A stretch of 64,000 bases of DNA. It comes from an uncultured Candidatus Rokubacteria bacterium. Its GTDB lineage: Bacteria > Methylomirabilota > Methylomirabilia > Rokubacteriales > DASRDR01. The DNA is taken from contig CAVPSB010000017.1 of the NCBI GenBank assembly GCA_963708025.1, forward strand, positions 1-64,000, read 5' to 3'. Below the pieces are notes generated by a model. That model was not told where the DNA came from, ran no database searches, and worked only from the letters and a program-made list of their open reading frames with translations. Both the position numbers and the translations under genes were made by a program. Numbering within the stretch: position 1 is the stretch's first letter; the number at the start of each line of letters is the position of its first letter. This document shows, piece after piece, positions 34,157 through 43,443 of the stretch.

Positions 34157-35131
34157 ATGCACACGCTGACCGTCGCCGAAGCGATCTGCGAGGGCCTGCG
34201 GGAGGAGATGGAGCGCGACCCCCGCGTCTTCCTCATGGGCGAGGACGTCGGCGCGATCGGCGGCATCTTCGCCACCAGCCGCGGCCTCCTGGAGAAGTTC
34301 GGACCGGACCGGATTCTCGAAACGCCGATCTCGGAAGCCTCGATCGTCGGGCACGCGATCGGCGCCGCGGTGGCCGGGCTGCGGCCCGTCATCGAGTGCG
34401 GGGGCTTCGTGGATTTCCTCTCGCTGACGATGGACCAGCTGGTCAACCAGGCCGCCAAGCTCCGCTACATGTTCGGCGGCAAGGGGGCGGTGCCCATCGT
34501 GGTCCGCGCCGCCCAGGGCTCGGGGGTCAAGCTGGCCGCCCAGCACTCCCAGAGCCTGGAGGCCTGGTTCGCCCACATCCCCGGCCTCATCGTGGTCTGC
34601 CCGTCCACCCCCGCCGACTTCAAGGGGCTCCTCCTGGCCGCGATCCGGAACCCGAACCCGGTCATCTTCCTCGAGCACAAGATGCTCTACTTCGTGAAGG
34701 GCGACCTGCCGGACGGGGAAGGGCTGGAGCGGATCGGGGTGGCGGCGCGCCGGCGCGAGGGGACCGACGCGACGCTCGTCTCCTACAGCCTCATGACCCA
34801 CCGGTGCCTGGAGGCCGCCGATCTCCTCGCCCAGCGTGGCATCTCCTGCGAGGTCATCGACCTGCGGACCATCCGGCCGTGGGACCGGGAGGCCGTCCTG
34901 GCCTCGGTGCGAAAAACGCACCGGCTGGTCGTGGTCCACGAGGCGGTGAAGAGCTTCGGGGTCGGCGCCGAGATCGCGGCGACCGTGATGGAGGAAGCCT
35001 TCGACGACCTCGACGCGCCGGTGGTCCGGGTCGGTGCCCACGACATCCCGATGCCGTTCAACGAGAACCTGGAGCGGGAGACGGTACCGACGGTGGATCG
35101 GATCATGGAGGCCGTCAAGCAGCTCGCCTAG
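34157..35131 (+). CDS. 2-oxoacid dehydrogenase E1 beta
   Basis: GEDVG, ETPISE, AAQHSQSLE. Confidence 0.93.
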   Translation: MHTLTVAEAICEGLREEMERDPRVFLMGEDVGAIGGIFATSRGLLEKFGPDRILETPISEASIVGHAIGAAVAGLRPVIECGGFVDFLSLTMDQLVNQAAKLRYMFGGKGAVPIVVRAAQGSGVKLAAQHSQSLEAWFAHIPGLIVVCPSTPADFKGLLLAAIRNPNPVIFLEHKMLYFVKGDLPDGEGLERIGVAARRREGTDATLVSYSLMTHRCLEAADLLAQRGISCEVIDLRTIRPWDREAVLASVRKTHRLVVVHEAVKSFGVGAEIAATVMEEAFDDLDAPVVRVGAHDIPMPFNENLERETVPTVDRIMEAVKQLA

Positions 35132-35290
35132 CGGGCGGGGCCGATGAGCGTCGCATCGCGTCGTCCTCGGTCGTCGCCGATCCTCGGCGTACTCGGAGTA
35201 CGCCTCTGGTCGGCGACTCCCTGCGTCCTAGCGCTGCTCGCTCCTCGGCCCTGCCCCCGAGTACTTGACTCGTTTACCATGACTTTGGCG
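35128..35290 (+). repeat. Family A element, copy 2
   Basis: Begins at the CTAG stop of E1 beta; same palindrome as 11117. Confidence 0.95.
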
Positions 35291-35334
35291 CTTCAAGGAG
35301 CCTAAAGGCCAGCGGCCCTCAATCCCGCCGCGCC

Positions 35335-35452
35335 AGTCGGCTTCCCGCAGCCCTCTCGCTTCGACTGCGCGGCTGGGTGTTCCGCTTCGAGCCGCGGCTT
35401 GCCGCGGCCTCCGAGGGGGGGAATCGGGGGGGTCTTCCGAGCCCCCCCCGAA
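35335..35452 (-). repeat. Family B element (inverted)
   Basis: Reverse complement matches 41757-41900: GGGGGG.CTCGGAAG.CCCCCCGA..CCCCCCTC.GAGGCCGCG...GCCGCGGCTCG.AG.GGAAC. Confidence 0.8.
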
Positions 35453-35457
35453 GGTCT

Positions 35458-36426
35458 TCAGGGAATCAGGAGGACCTTGCCGGTCGTCTTGCGGCCCTCG
35501 AGCTGGCGGTGAGCCTCGACCGCCTCGCCCAGGGGGAACGTCGCGCCGATCCGCATCTTCAGCTCGCCCTTCTGGATCCAGCCGAGGACCTCGCCGGCCC
35601 GGCTCACCAGCTCCTCCCGCGTGATGACGTGGTGGTTCAGGCTCGGCCGCTGGAGGAAGAGCGAGCCCTTGGCGCTGAGCACCTGGGGGTCGAACGGCGG
35701 GATCGGCCCGCTCGACTGGCCGTACAGGATCATGAAGCCGCGGGGGGCCAGGCAGTTCAGTCCCTTCTCGAAGGTGTCCTTCGCCACCGAGTCGTAGACG
35801 ACCTGGACGCCCTTGCCGCCGGTGAGCCGCTTGACCTCGGCCTCGAAGTCCTGCCGGGTGTAGAGGATCACCTCGTCGGCACCGGCCTCGCGGGCCAGCT
35901 TCGCCTTCTCGTCGGTGGACACGGTCCCGATCACCCGGGCCCCCGCGCGCTTGGCCATCTGGCAGAGCAGCAGGCCGACGCCTCCCGCCGCCGCGTGGAC
36001 GACGCAGGTGTCGCCGCGCTTGAGGTGGTAGGAGTCGTGCGCCAGGTAGTGGGCGGTCATCCCCTGCAGCATCGCCGACGCCCCCGCCCGGGCGTCGAGC
36101 CCGGCGGGCAGCGTGACCAGCCGGTCGGCGGGGACGACGTTGTGCGTGGCGTAGGAGCCGGGGATGCCGGTCCAGGCGACCCGCTCGCCCGTCTTGACCG
36201 TCGTCACGCCGGGTCCCACCTCTTCCACGACCCCCGCCCCCTCGAGGCCAAGACGCAAGGGCAGCTCGCCCTTGTAGAGCCCGCTGCGCTGGTAGACGTC
36301 GATGAAGTTGACGCCGGCGGCCTCGATGCGGACGAGGGCCTGGCCGGGGCCGGGCTTGGGGGTGGGCAGCTCGTCCAGCTTCATCGCCTCGGGTCCGCCG
36401 TACTGGTGAACACGGATGGCTCGCAT
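35458..36426 (-). CDS. qor: NADPH:quinone oxidoreductase (zeta-crystallin type)
   Basis: GVNFID, QGMTAHYL, HAAAGGVG, GRKTTGKVLL. Confidence 0.92.
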   Translation of the reverse strand: MRAIRVHQYGGPEAMKLDELPTPKPGPGQALVRIEAAGVNFIDVYQRSGLYKGELPLRLGLEGAGVVEEVGPGVTTVKTGERVAWTGIPGSYATHNVVPADRLVTLPAGLDARAGASAMLQGMTAHYLAHDSYHLKRGDTCVVHAAAGGVGLLLCQMAKRAGARVIGTVSTDEKAKLAREAGADEVILYTRQDFEAEVKRLTGGKGVQVVYDSVAKDTFEKGLNCLAPRGFMILYGQSSGPIPPFDPQVLSAKGSLFLQRPSLNHHVITREELVSRAGEVLGWIQKGELKMRIGATFPLGEAVEAHRQLEGRKTTGKVLLIP

Positions 36427-36523
36427 CGTCGGCAACTCCTCCTGTGTCACGCGGGACGCTCCGATGATGGCCAGCCCCGGCGACGCTCGCCGGGCACCGG
36501 CGCGAGAAGTCCGGCCGCCCGGC

Positions 36524-37030
36524 TCATTTCCTCCGGCGCCGCGCCGGCCGCCCACGCGGGCGACGCCGGCGCGCTGTCCGCGCCGGGGAGGCCTGGGCGA
36601 GGCTGGCCAGCAGCTGCTTGGCGTCCCGCCGCCCCAGCTTGCGAAGAGCCACCAGGCTCTTCCGATTCGGGCCCGACGGGGTGGAGCGGCCACGCTCCCA
36701 CTGCACGACGGCCCCGGTGCTGACGCCGGCCAGCCGGGCCAACGCGGCCTGGCTCAGGGCCAGGCGCACCCGCAGCTTCTGGATCAGCCGGGGCGAGAGG
36801 CGCGACGTCTTCAGCTCGGCGTCGGACACCTCGGGCTTCCACGTGGCCGACCGGGACATGCGCTGCCACTGGCGCGCGACGTCGCGCCACGCGGACAGGT
36901 CGCGCCGGAGCTGGCCGACGGTGAGCCGCAGTCGTCGCACCTCGCGCCGGAGCGGGGTCGTGATGGCGCGGACCTGCCGTCGGGCGCCTCGCAGGATCGC
37001 CTCCTTGATCGCCGACTCAATCTTCGCCAC
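36524..37030 (-). CDS. XRE-family HTH protein with N-terminal coiled coil
   Basis: LSQAALARLAGVSTGAVVQWERG. Confidence 0.85.
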   Translation of the reverse strand: MAKIESAIKEAILRGARRQVRAITTPLRREVRRLRLTVGQLRRDLSAWRDVARQWQRMSRSATWKPEVSDAELKTSRLSPRLIQKLRVRLALSQAALARLAGVSTGAVVQWERGRSTPSGPNRKSLVALRKLGRRDAKQLLASLAQASPARTARRRRPRGRPARRRRK

Positions 37031-37139
37031 AGCCGTCTCCTCTCGATGTCGAGAATCGCGCCCGGTGCGACGCCGGACGGAGAGTAGGGCGAACCCGAAG
37101 CACGCTGGGAGCGGGGTTCCCTGGATAGATCGCGAGGAA

Positions 37140-37169
37140 ACGCTAGCAGACGGCCGGCGCGATTGTCAA
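37140..37169 (-). promoter_or_regulatory. Sigma70-like promoter of the HTH gene
   Basis: TTGACA-N18-TAGCGT with extended TG. Confidence 0.6.
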
Positions 37170-37336
37170 TCGTAAGAAATGGCGACGCCACCGTATCGCT
37201 CCCGATCACGTCATGTCGCTTCCGCTCAGGTTCCACGCCGGGGTACGGTGCCCAGGCATCGCGGCGTATTGAACGGGAGCGAGTGCGATTGACTTCGAGC
37301 GAGACTCCGACCTAGCCCTGGACTATCCCGGCGGAG

Positions 37337-38077
37337 CTAAGGACTCGATCGGTCCAGCAAGTGAACATGCACCTCGATATCCCGTGGTCGATTCGCCTGC
37401 ACGAAGTCCGAGACGATGGCCTCAGCGTGGAGGGCGAAGTCGAGCCGGACGACAAGATAGATGATGCCCTTCGCAAGGGGGTCCGCGGAGAGCTGCGCCG
37501 CCGCCTTTTCCAGAGTTTTCAGAATCTTGCCCTCGAGCCCCTCTGGCAGTTCACTCTGTCCCCGTAACGCATCTCGAGCGGCGGCCGGGATCACGAAGTA
37601 GTTTGTCGAGGTCGGAGAACTGACGAACGTCAGGGACGCCACGCTCATTCCCGCCTGTCAGGCACGCCCCCTTCTGTTCGTAGACGGGCACGCCATCCAG
37701 CAGTAGCGCGTGAAACCAATGGTCAACGCCTCGAACTAGTAGCTGATTCTCGTCGTCTAAGACGTCAAGCGTGCCCGAGGGCGCCAGGGCGAGCAGGACA
37801 AAGTTGGCGTTCTGCCCGCTCTCAATCCGAAGTGACCCGAGCCACTCGCGCCAGTGCTGCTGCGGATCCACTGGTGGCCGCTGGGGATCGCCCAGAGCTT
37901 CGCGTGGAGCCGGGCCCGGGCGGTGAAGACCGCCAGCTCGTGGCCGTCGTGGGACTCGACCTGGCCGAGCCGCCCCGGGATAATGGGGAAGCCTTCCGGA
38001 TCCTGAACGACGCGGAAGCGGAAGGGCCGGGCGAGGGCCCGGAGCTGCGTGGACGCGGTGGCCTGCTCGTCAGTCAT
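37337..38077 (-). pseudogene. Chimeric remnants of about three foreign genes
   Basis: Lower GC; abutting fragments in different frames (MTDEQ...KLWAIP | QHWREWLGS...VRQF | ELPEGLEGK...HLLDRSSP). Confidence 0.5.
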
Positions 38078-38108
38078 GTGCGATTCCTTCCGGGGGTTCC
38101 CCGAAACC

Positions 38109-38138
38109 TTGACGCTCTGACGTCCCGGTTGCTAGCGT
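38109..38138 (+). promoter_or_regulatory. Sigma70-like promoter
   Basis: TTGACG-N18-TAGCGT, 12 nt before ATG 38151. Confidence 0.6.
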
Positions 38139-38150
38139 GCAGCTCGCCCC

Positions 38151-38399
38151 ATGGACAAGGCCCCGCCGCCCCTCTGCCCCGACTGCCAGCGGCCGGTTCG
38201 CTGCCGGGCCGTGGTCTTCCAGGGTGACGACTGGTACCACGTGATGTGCGCCGTCCGCCTCGCGATCCTCGGAGCGCCTGAGCCCGTCCAATTTGATCCC
38301 TCGGGCCCCGTCCAGCCCGTCGGCCGCGCGCTCGGCAGCTTCCCCCGCGCTCCGAGCCGCCGGAAGTCGCTCCAGCGAAGGCCGCCTGACGCCTCCTGA
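38151..38399 (+). CDS. Small zinc-finger protein (CxxC-x17-HxxC)
   Basis: CPDC...HVMC; promoter upstream. Confidence 0.65.
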   Translation: MDKAPPPLCPDCQRPVRCRAVVFQGDDWYHVMCAVRLAILGAPEPVQFDPSGPVQPVGRALGSFPRAPSRRKSLQRRPPDAS

Positions 38400-38570
38400 G
38401 GGCGGTCGCCAGTGAAGCCGCCTTGCGCGCCGCCGGCCGTTGGGCGTACAGTCAGGGCCTCACCCCAGGGCACGCTCGGCACGGGTCGCGTCCCGTTTGT
38501 GTGACGCGACACCGCCACCCCGTGCCGCTCGGGACACCGCGAACCCGGAAACGAGCCGGAGGGTCCCGAG

Positions 38571-39110
38571 ATGGCCGAGCCCACCCCGATCTGTCCGCTC
38601 TGCTCCCAGCCGATCCGCGCCGGAATGGCCACCGCCACCGCGCGGGCGAGTGAGACGATCGTCCACGTCCGGTGTCTCGCACGGGAGACCGGGCTGCGGG
38701 TGGTCAACCTGCAGGACCGATCGGCCGAGACCCCCGACGCGGCCACCCCAGTGAAGCCCCTCTACAGCGCCGCCGGTGAGATCGTTCGCCACTTCCTGAC
38801 CACGCGGCTCCAGGCGATCGAGCCGACCGCCGAGCTCGTCGAGTGCACCGCGGAGCCGGCTCCGCCCGGGTACCGAATTCAGGTGCGGGTCGCTCGCGGG
38901 CTGACCGAGGTCCTGCACCTGCCGGGGCGCATGGTCCTCCATGCGCGGGCCGCCGACCCGCTCGCGGACTACGCGCTCCGGACCCTGCTCCGGACGATGA
39001 TCCAGCGGCTGGACGCGCGCGCGACCGCCGAGCGCGTTCGGGCGGCCCGTCATCCATGGCAAACCCGCCCGGGCCCGCCCGGCCGCGAGAGTCCGCCTTC
39101 GGCCGGCTGA
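38571..39110 (+). CDS. Zinc-finger protein (CxxC-x20-HxxC) with C-terminal extension
   Basis: CPLC...HVRC; GGAGG RBS. Confidence 0.7.
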   Translation: MAEPTPICPLCSQPIRAGMATATARASETIVHVRCLARETGLRVVNLQDRSAETPDAATPVKPLYSAAGEIVRHFLTTRLQAIEPTAELVECTAEPAPPGYRIQVRVARGLTEVLHLPGRMVLHARAADPLADYALRTLLRTMIQRLDARATAERVRAARHPWQTRPGPPGRESPPSAG

Positions 39111-39168
39111 CCGCGACGCCGCCGAATCCCTCGGTCCCCCGGTATCGCGGTTGCACTAGGCTCAGAGC

Positions 39169-39411
39169 ATGGACCCCGATCCGCTGGTCCTGCGCATCCC
39201 GGAGCGGATGACCGCCGGCACCTTACCCTGCGTGGAGTGCATCGTGACGTGGTGCGGCCCGGGCCACGGTCGGCCCTGCACAGTCTGTGACCAGCAGATT
39301 CTGCAGACCGACATCGAAACCGAGTGCGATTTGCCCGGCGGCGAGACCATCTGCTTCCACCGGGCGTGCTACCTCCTCTGGCACGACGCGTTACCAAAGT
39401 TGCCGGCGTAG
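39169..39411 (+). CDS. Small zinc-finger protein (CxxC-x23-HxxC), probably leaderless
   Basis: CTVC...FHRAC; TAGGCT 6 nt before the ATG. Confidence 0.7.
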   Translation: MDPDPLVLRIPERMTAGTLPCVECIVTWCGPGHGRPCTVCDQQILQTDIETECDLPGGETICFHRACYLLWHDALPKLPA

Positions 39412-39518
39412 CCGGCTTGGCGGCCTTCCCCAGAATCCCGCCAGCGGCCCGCCAACGGCCCCCACGACCGCCCGGGTATCGCCCTTGCATCTCGCTCAAG
39501 CATGGACTGCGTCGTAAC

Positions 39519-39821
39519 ATGGTACGGCCGGGGACAAGGTCGTCCCTGCGCGGTCGGGGGCTTTGGCCCTTGCTGACACCGCCGCCCCAGCTGGGTGAGG
39601 AGCTCTGGGCCCGCGTCCGCCGCCGCTGGCGGAAGGGCAGCGTGGTCGCGATCCACCGGAAGAACCTCCGGCTCGCCCTGTTGCGTCCAATGCCCGAGCA
39701 GCCGCTCACGAAGGAGGTCACGGTCGGCTGGGCGTACGTGGCGACCGAGCATGAGCTCCGGCGGGATCGCCCCGCCGACGAGCTGGCGGCGGAGTGGCAG
39801 CCGCCGGACCAATCTGCGTGA
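39519..39821 (+). CDS. Hypothetical protein
   Basis: ORF with protein-like composition (WARVRRRWRKGSVVAI); start uncertain. Confidence 0.45.
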   Translation: MVRPGTRSSLRGRGLWPLLTPPPQLGEELWARVRRRWRKGSVVAIHRKNLRLALLRPMPEQPLTKEVTVGWAYVATEHELRRDRPADELAAEWQPPDQSA

Positions 39822-40108
39822 GGCCCCCGCCATGCCATCCGGGTCGGGATCGTCTCGATCGAGCGGACATTAGCGCTCCGTGCGCTCCAGAATCCCCCCC
39901 AGCACGCCGCTACGGCCCCCAGGAGCGCATCGAACCAGCGAGCCGACCCAGTCCTCGATCAGCAACCGCCTCGTCGCGCGGCCGTCATCACCCCGTAGCG
40001 CCGCCCGGCTACCCTGAAGGCCCTGCCGCCCGTTCGGTGCACCGGAGCTGCTGGGGGGGAACCCGGCGGGTCGGCGAATGGGAGGGGGAAGCCACACAGG
40101 AGGGCCTC

Positions 40109-40330
40109 ATGCATACGGCGGCCGCCCGCATCGTTCGCGCCATCGAGTCGCTTCGCGATGCGGAGGGCAATTTGAATCGCGTCATCAACATGGCCATGGG
40201 CACGGCTCGATCGAGTGCCCGGGACGCGGGCGGTGACATCGAACGAGCCCAACGGGAGCTGAAGTTGGCACTCCAAGAACTCCTGCGAACGGGGACAACC
40301 GCCAAGCCGACCGCGCCCGAAGCCGCTTGA
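40109..40330 (+). CDS. Small helical hypothetical protein
   Basis: AGGAGG RBS; amphipathic helices. Confidence 0.6.
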   Translation: MHTAAARIVRAIESLRDAEGNLNRVINMAMGTARSSARDAGGDIERAQRELKLALQELLRTGTTAKPTAPEAA

Positions 40331-40452
40331 CCGGTCCGTCAACGCTATCGGATGGCCGACCCTTCGCGAAGCCGCCGCGATCATCGGGAGGCTGATCGCC
40401 CTCGGCCTGGCGCTGGGCTTCCTTCTCACCGGCGGGCCGTGAGGCTCCCATC

Positions 40453-40686
40453 ATGCACGGCCTGACCATCGCCACCCTCGAGGCGATCGACGTCGCGGCG
40501 CAAACCATCCGGGTCGCGAGCATCACCTACCAACTCGATGCCCCGCGGCTGCTGATGGGCCTCGAGGTCGGCCAGTTCGTGACCGTGGCCTGGGAGCAGA
40601 CCGGCGATGCGCGGCCGACGCGGATCGCGCACATCGTCGTCTCCGCCTCGCGGCCATCCTCCAGAATCCCCCCGCCGCGCCGTTAG
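40453..40686 (+). CDS. Small beta-rich (OB-fold-like) hypothetical protein
   Basis: IDVAAQTIRV...LEVGQFVTVAW pattern. Confidence 0.55.
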   Translation: MHGLTIATLEAIDVAAQTIRVASITYQLDAPRLLMGLEVGQFVTVAWEQTGDARPTRIAHIVVSASRPSSRIPPPRR

Positions 40687-40825
40687 GCAAATGTCCCGGC
40701 ACCGTCGAATCCGATTTTTCCGGGTCGGCGGAGGGGGCGCGCGGGGCTTGCCGAACCGTGTAGACTAGGGAGCGGCTTCGGGAGACCGACCGAACGGGTC
40801 ACACCCAGTCAAGTGGAGGAAGGTC

Positions 40826-41086
40826 ATGAGAATCCGCCTGCGCGTGCTTCTGCTGCTTCTCGGCGTTGCCGTGGCCGGCTCGGCCTGCGCGAGCTCGGAG
40901 CAGTGGGCCGAGTGGCGAGGGCACTCAAGCCACTTCGCCTCCGGCGATCACCTCTTCTTCTCCATGCGGCACCAGGGCGACAACCCGACCCCGCGGGTCA
41001 GCCGGCGGGACGTGGATGAGGCTCGGGCGCAGTCGTGGTGGGGCCAGCCCATCGTCGTGCGCCCCGACCAGCTCTTCTCGGGCTAA
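40826..41086 (+). CDS. Small lipoprotein
   Basis: Signal peptide with GSAC lipobox; GGAGG RBS. Confidence 0.75.
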   Translation: MRIRLRVLLLLLGVAVAGSACASSEQWAEWRGHSSHFASGDHLFFSMRHQGDNPTPRVSRRDVDEARAQSWWGQPIVVRPDQLFSG

Positions 41087-41095
41087 CGCCCGCCG

Positions 41096-41749
41096 ATGAG
41101 TCGGCAGCGCGGCCGGCGGGGTCTCCTCCTGCTGGCGGCCACGCTGGCATCCGCCGGTCTGGCCTTCGCGCTGCCCGCTGACGAGTCCATCCTCGCGCCC
41201 GAGGCCCACCCCCCGGATGTGCGCGCCCTCGTCCAGGAGCACACGGCCGGCCTGCGGCGCCTCCATGCCGACCTGGCCCGGTGCGCCCCCGAGCTGGACG
41301 TCCAGAAAAACGGCATCGCCTTCCGGCGGCCGCGCGGGCGCCCGGACGGGCCGCCGCACCTGACGTTGTGGGTCTGGCTCGACGGGGCGCGGCCGCCCCA
41401 GGGTCGGAGCTTCGCCGCCCGGGCCGCCGAGGCGTTCGGCCGCTACGGCCAGGGCCTGTTCCGCCGGCTCCTCGGCCAGAGCCCGGTGTTCGCCGACGCG
41501 CGCGTCGGCGGCTACGGTCTCATCTTGACCTGGATCGGCCCGACCCAGCGCGACGGACGGGTGGTCGGCGAGTCGCTGGCCGTCTTCGCCGACAAGCTGG
41601 CCGTCGCCAACTTCGCCCTGGACACCATCGGCCCGGGGGCGTTCCTCTCCCGAGTGGAGGTGCGCGCCTTCGACGGCGAGACGGAGCTGCCGGTGCCGAG
41701 TCTCGGGCTCGACGACGCCACGCCCGCCCGGGCGGCGACGGCCTGCTGA
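41096..41749 (+). CDS. Secreted hypothetical protein
   Basis: Signal peptide; GC3-rich ORF. Confidence 0.7.
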   Translation: MSRQRGRRGLLLLAATLASAGLAFALPADESILAPEAHPPDVRALVQEHTAGLRRLHADLARCAPELDVQKNGIAFRRPRGRPDGPPHLTLWVWLDGARPPQGRSFAARAAEAFGRYGQGLFRRLLGQSPVFADARVGGYGLILTWIGPTQRDGRVVGESLAVFADKLAVANFALDTIGPGAFLSRVEVRAFDGETELPVPSLGLDDATPARAATAC

Positions 41750-41756
41750 GAGGCCT

Positions 41757-41900
41757 CGGGGGGGTCTCGGAAGCCCCCCCGAAGCCCCCCCTCAGAGGCC
41801 GCGACTGTTCGACGGCCTTCGGCCTTTGGGCCGCGGCTCGGAGTGGAACGCCACGGCCGTGTGACCCCCGGACCCTGGGCGTGGCGAGAAGCCGGTGTGC
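41757..41900 (+). repeat. Family B element with a nested 20-bp module
   Basis: Homologous to 35335-35452 and 57123-57158. Confidence 0.8.
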
Positions 41901-42035
41901 AGCGGAACGTCAGCCCCGGGCGACGCGGACTCTGGCATCCCGTGCGCGGCGCTCGGCCGTGCTAGGATGAGGCCCTCGAGAGCCGCGCGTCCGGCCCCCG
42001 GCGCCCGGCCGCCACCCGCTACCAAGGAGCGCGTC

Positions 42036-43253
42036 ATGCCCGGCCGTCCGTTCCTTCAGATTCCCGGTCCCACCCTGGTGCCCGAGCGGATCGTCCGCGC
42101 CATGTCGCAGTCGATCATCGACCACCGGGGGCCGAAGTTCGCCGCCCTGGTGCGCGAGATCCTCGACGGGTTGAAAGGCGTCTTCCAGGCGCCGCGCGGC
42201 CACGTCCTCCTCTACCCGGGCTCTGGAACCGGCGGCTGGGAGGCGACGATCGTCAACACGCTCTCCCCGGGCGACCGGGTCCTCGGCTGCGTGAACGGCC
42301 ACTTCTCGAATCACTTCTGCCGGACGGCGACGGCGCACGGCATCGAGGTGGACCGGCTCGAGCTGCCCTACGGCGCCGGCGTCCCGGCGGCGTCGGTCGC
42401 CGAGCGGCTGCGCGCCGATGCGACGCACCAGCTCAAGGCGGTGCTGGTCGTCCACAACGAGACGTCGACCGGCGTCACCAGCGACGTGGCCGCGATCCGC
42501 CGGGCGCTCGACGACGCCCGCCACCCGGCGCTCCTGCTCGTGGACGTCGTGTCCTCGCTGGCGTCGATCGACTTCCGCTTCGACGAGTGGGGTGTCGACG
42601 TGGCGCTGACCGGACCGCAGAAGGGGCTGATGCTGCCCCCCGGGCTCACCATCCTGGCCGCCAGCGACAAGGCCCTGCGCGCCGGCCAGGCGGCGAAGTG
42701 CCCCCGGGCCTACTGGGACTGGAAGCCCGTCCTCGAGCGCAACCAGCGGGGCGAGTTCCCCTACACGCCGGCGACGTCGCTTCTCTTCGGCCTCCGCGAG
42801 TCGATCGCCATGCTGACCGAGGAGGGGCTCCCGGAGGTCTTCGGGCGCCATCGACGCCTGGCCGAGGCGTGCCGGCGGGCCGTCCAGGCGATGGGGCTCG
42901 AGCTACTCTGCCGCGATCCCGCCGAGTACTCCAGCACGCTGACCGCGGTGGTCATGCCGGCCGGGCACGACTCCGACGCCTACATCGCCCACGCCAACCG
43001 CACCCTCGATCTGTCGCTGGGTGTCGGCCTCGGCGACGTGAAGGGCAAGGTGTTCCGGATCGGGCACCTCGGCAGCCTGAACGAGCTGGAGCTGCTGGGC
43101 GGGCTGGCTGGCGTCGAGATGACGCTCCGGACGTTCGGGATCCCGGTGCCCCTGGGCGCCGGGCTCACTGCCGCCGAGAGCTATCTCAGTCGGGGGTCAG
43201 GCCTTTCAATCTTGACAATCGCAGCCCAAGGGGGCGGGGCAGGCCCGGATTGA
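42036..43253 (+). CDS. Class V aminotransferase (serine-glyoxylate aminotransferase-like)
   Basis: QIPGPT, HNETSTGV, TGPQKGL, FRIGHLG. Confidence 0.92.
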   Translation: MPGRPFLQIPGPTLVPERIVRAMSQSIIDHRGPKFAALVREILDGLKGVFQAPRGHVLLYPGSGTGGWEATIVNTLSPGDRVLGCVNGHFSNHFCRTATAHGIEVDRLELPYGAGVPAASVAERLRADATHQLKAVLVVHNETSTGVTSDVAAIRRALDDARHPALLLVDVVSSLASIDFRFDEWGVDVALTGPQKGLMLPPGLTILAASDKALRAGQAAKCPRAYWDWKPVLERNQRGEFPYTPATSLLFGLRESIAMLTEEGLPEVFGRHRRLAEACRRAVQAMGLELLCRDPAEYSSTLTAVVMPAGHDSDAYIAHANRTLDLSLGVGLGDVKGKVFRIGHLGSLNELELLGGLAGVEMTLRTFGIPVPLGAGLTAAESYLSRGSGLSILTIAAQGGGAGPD

Positions 43254-43274
43254 AAGATTGAAAGGCCTGACCCC
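43193..43274. mobile_element. Family D MITE/REP-like element with 20-bp perfect inverted repeats
   Basis: GGGGTCAGGCCTTTCAATCT ... AGATTGAAAGGCCTGACCCC. Confidence 0.8.
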
Positions 43275-43285
43275 ACGGAGGAGAC

Positions 43286-43429
43286 ATGAACGAGCGCACC
43301 GCCAAGCTGATCTCCCGATTCGCGTCCCGGACCAACCAGAAGCCGCGCCTGGTTAAGCGCGAGTGGAAAAACCTCTCCGCCAAGGAGAGGGCCAAGCGCC
43401 GCGCCGAGATGAAGGCCGCGGTCGAGTAG
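43286..43429 (+). CDS. 47-aa basic small protein (below the ORF-track cutoff)
   Basis: GGAGGAG RBS; MNERTAKLISRFASRTNQKPRLVKREWKNLSAKERAKRRAEMKAAVE. Confidence 0.75.
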   Translation: MNERTAKLISRFASRTNQKPRLVKREWKNLSAKERAKRRAEMKAAVE

Positions 43430-43443
43430 AGGAGAGCCTACCG

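Noticed and set aside
37040-37335. tRNA or riboswitch at the island boundary
   Set aside because: No T-loop/D-loop consensus or recognisable aptamer; only a promoter was supportable
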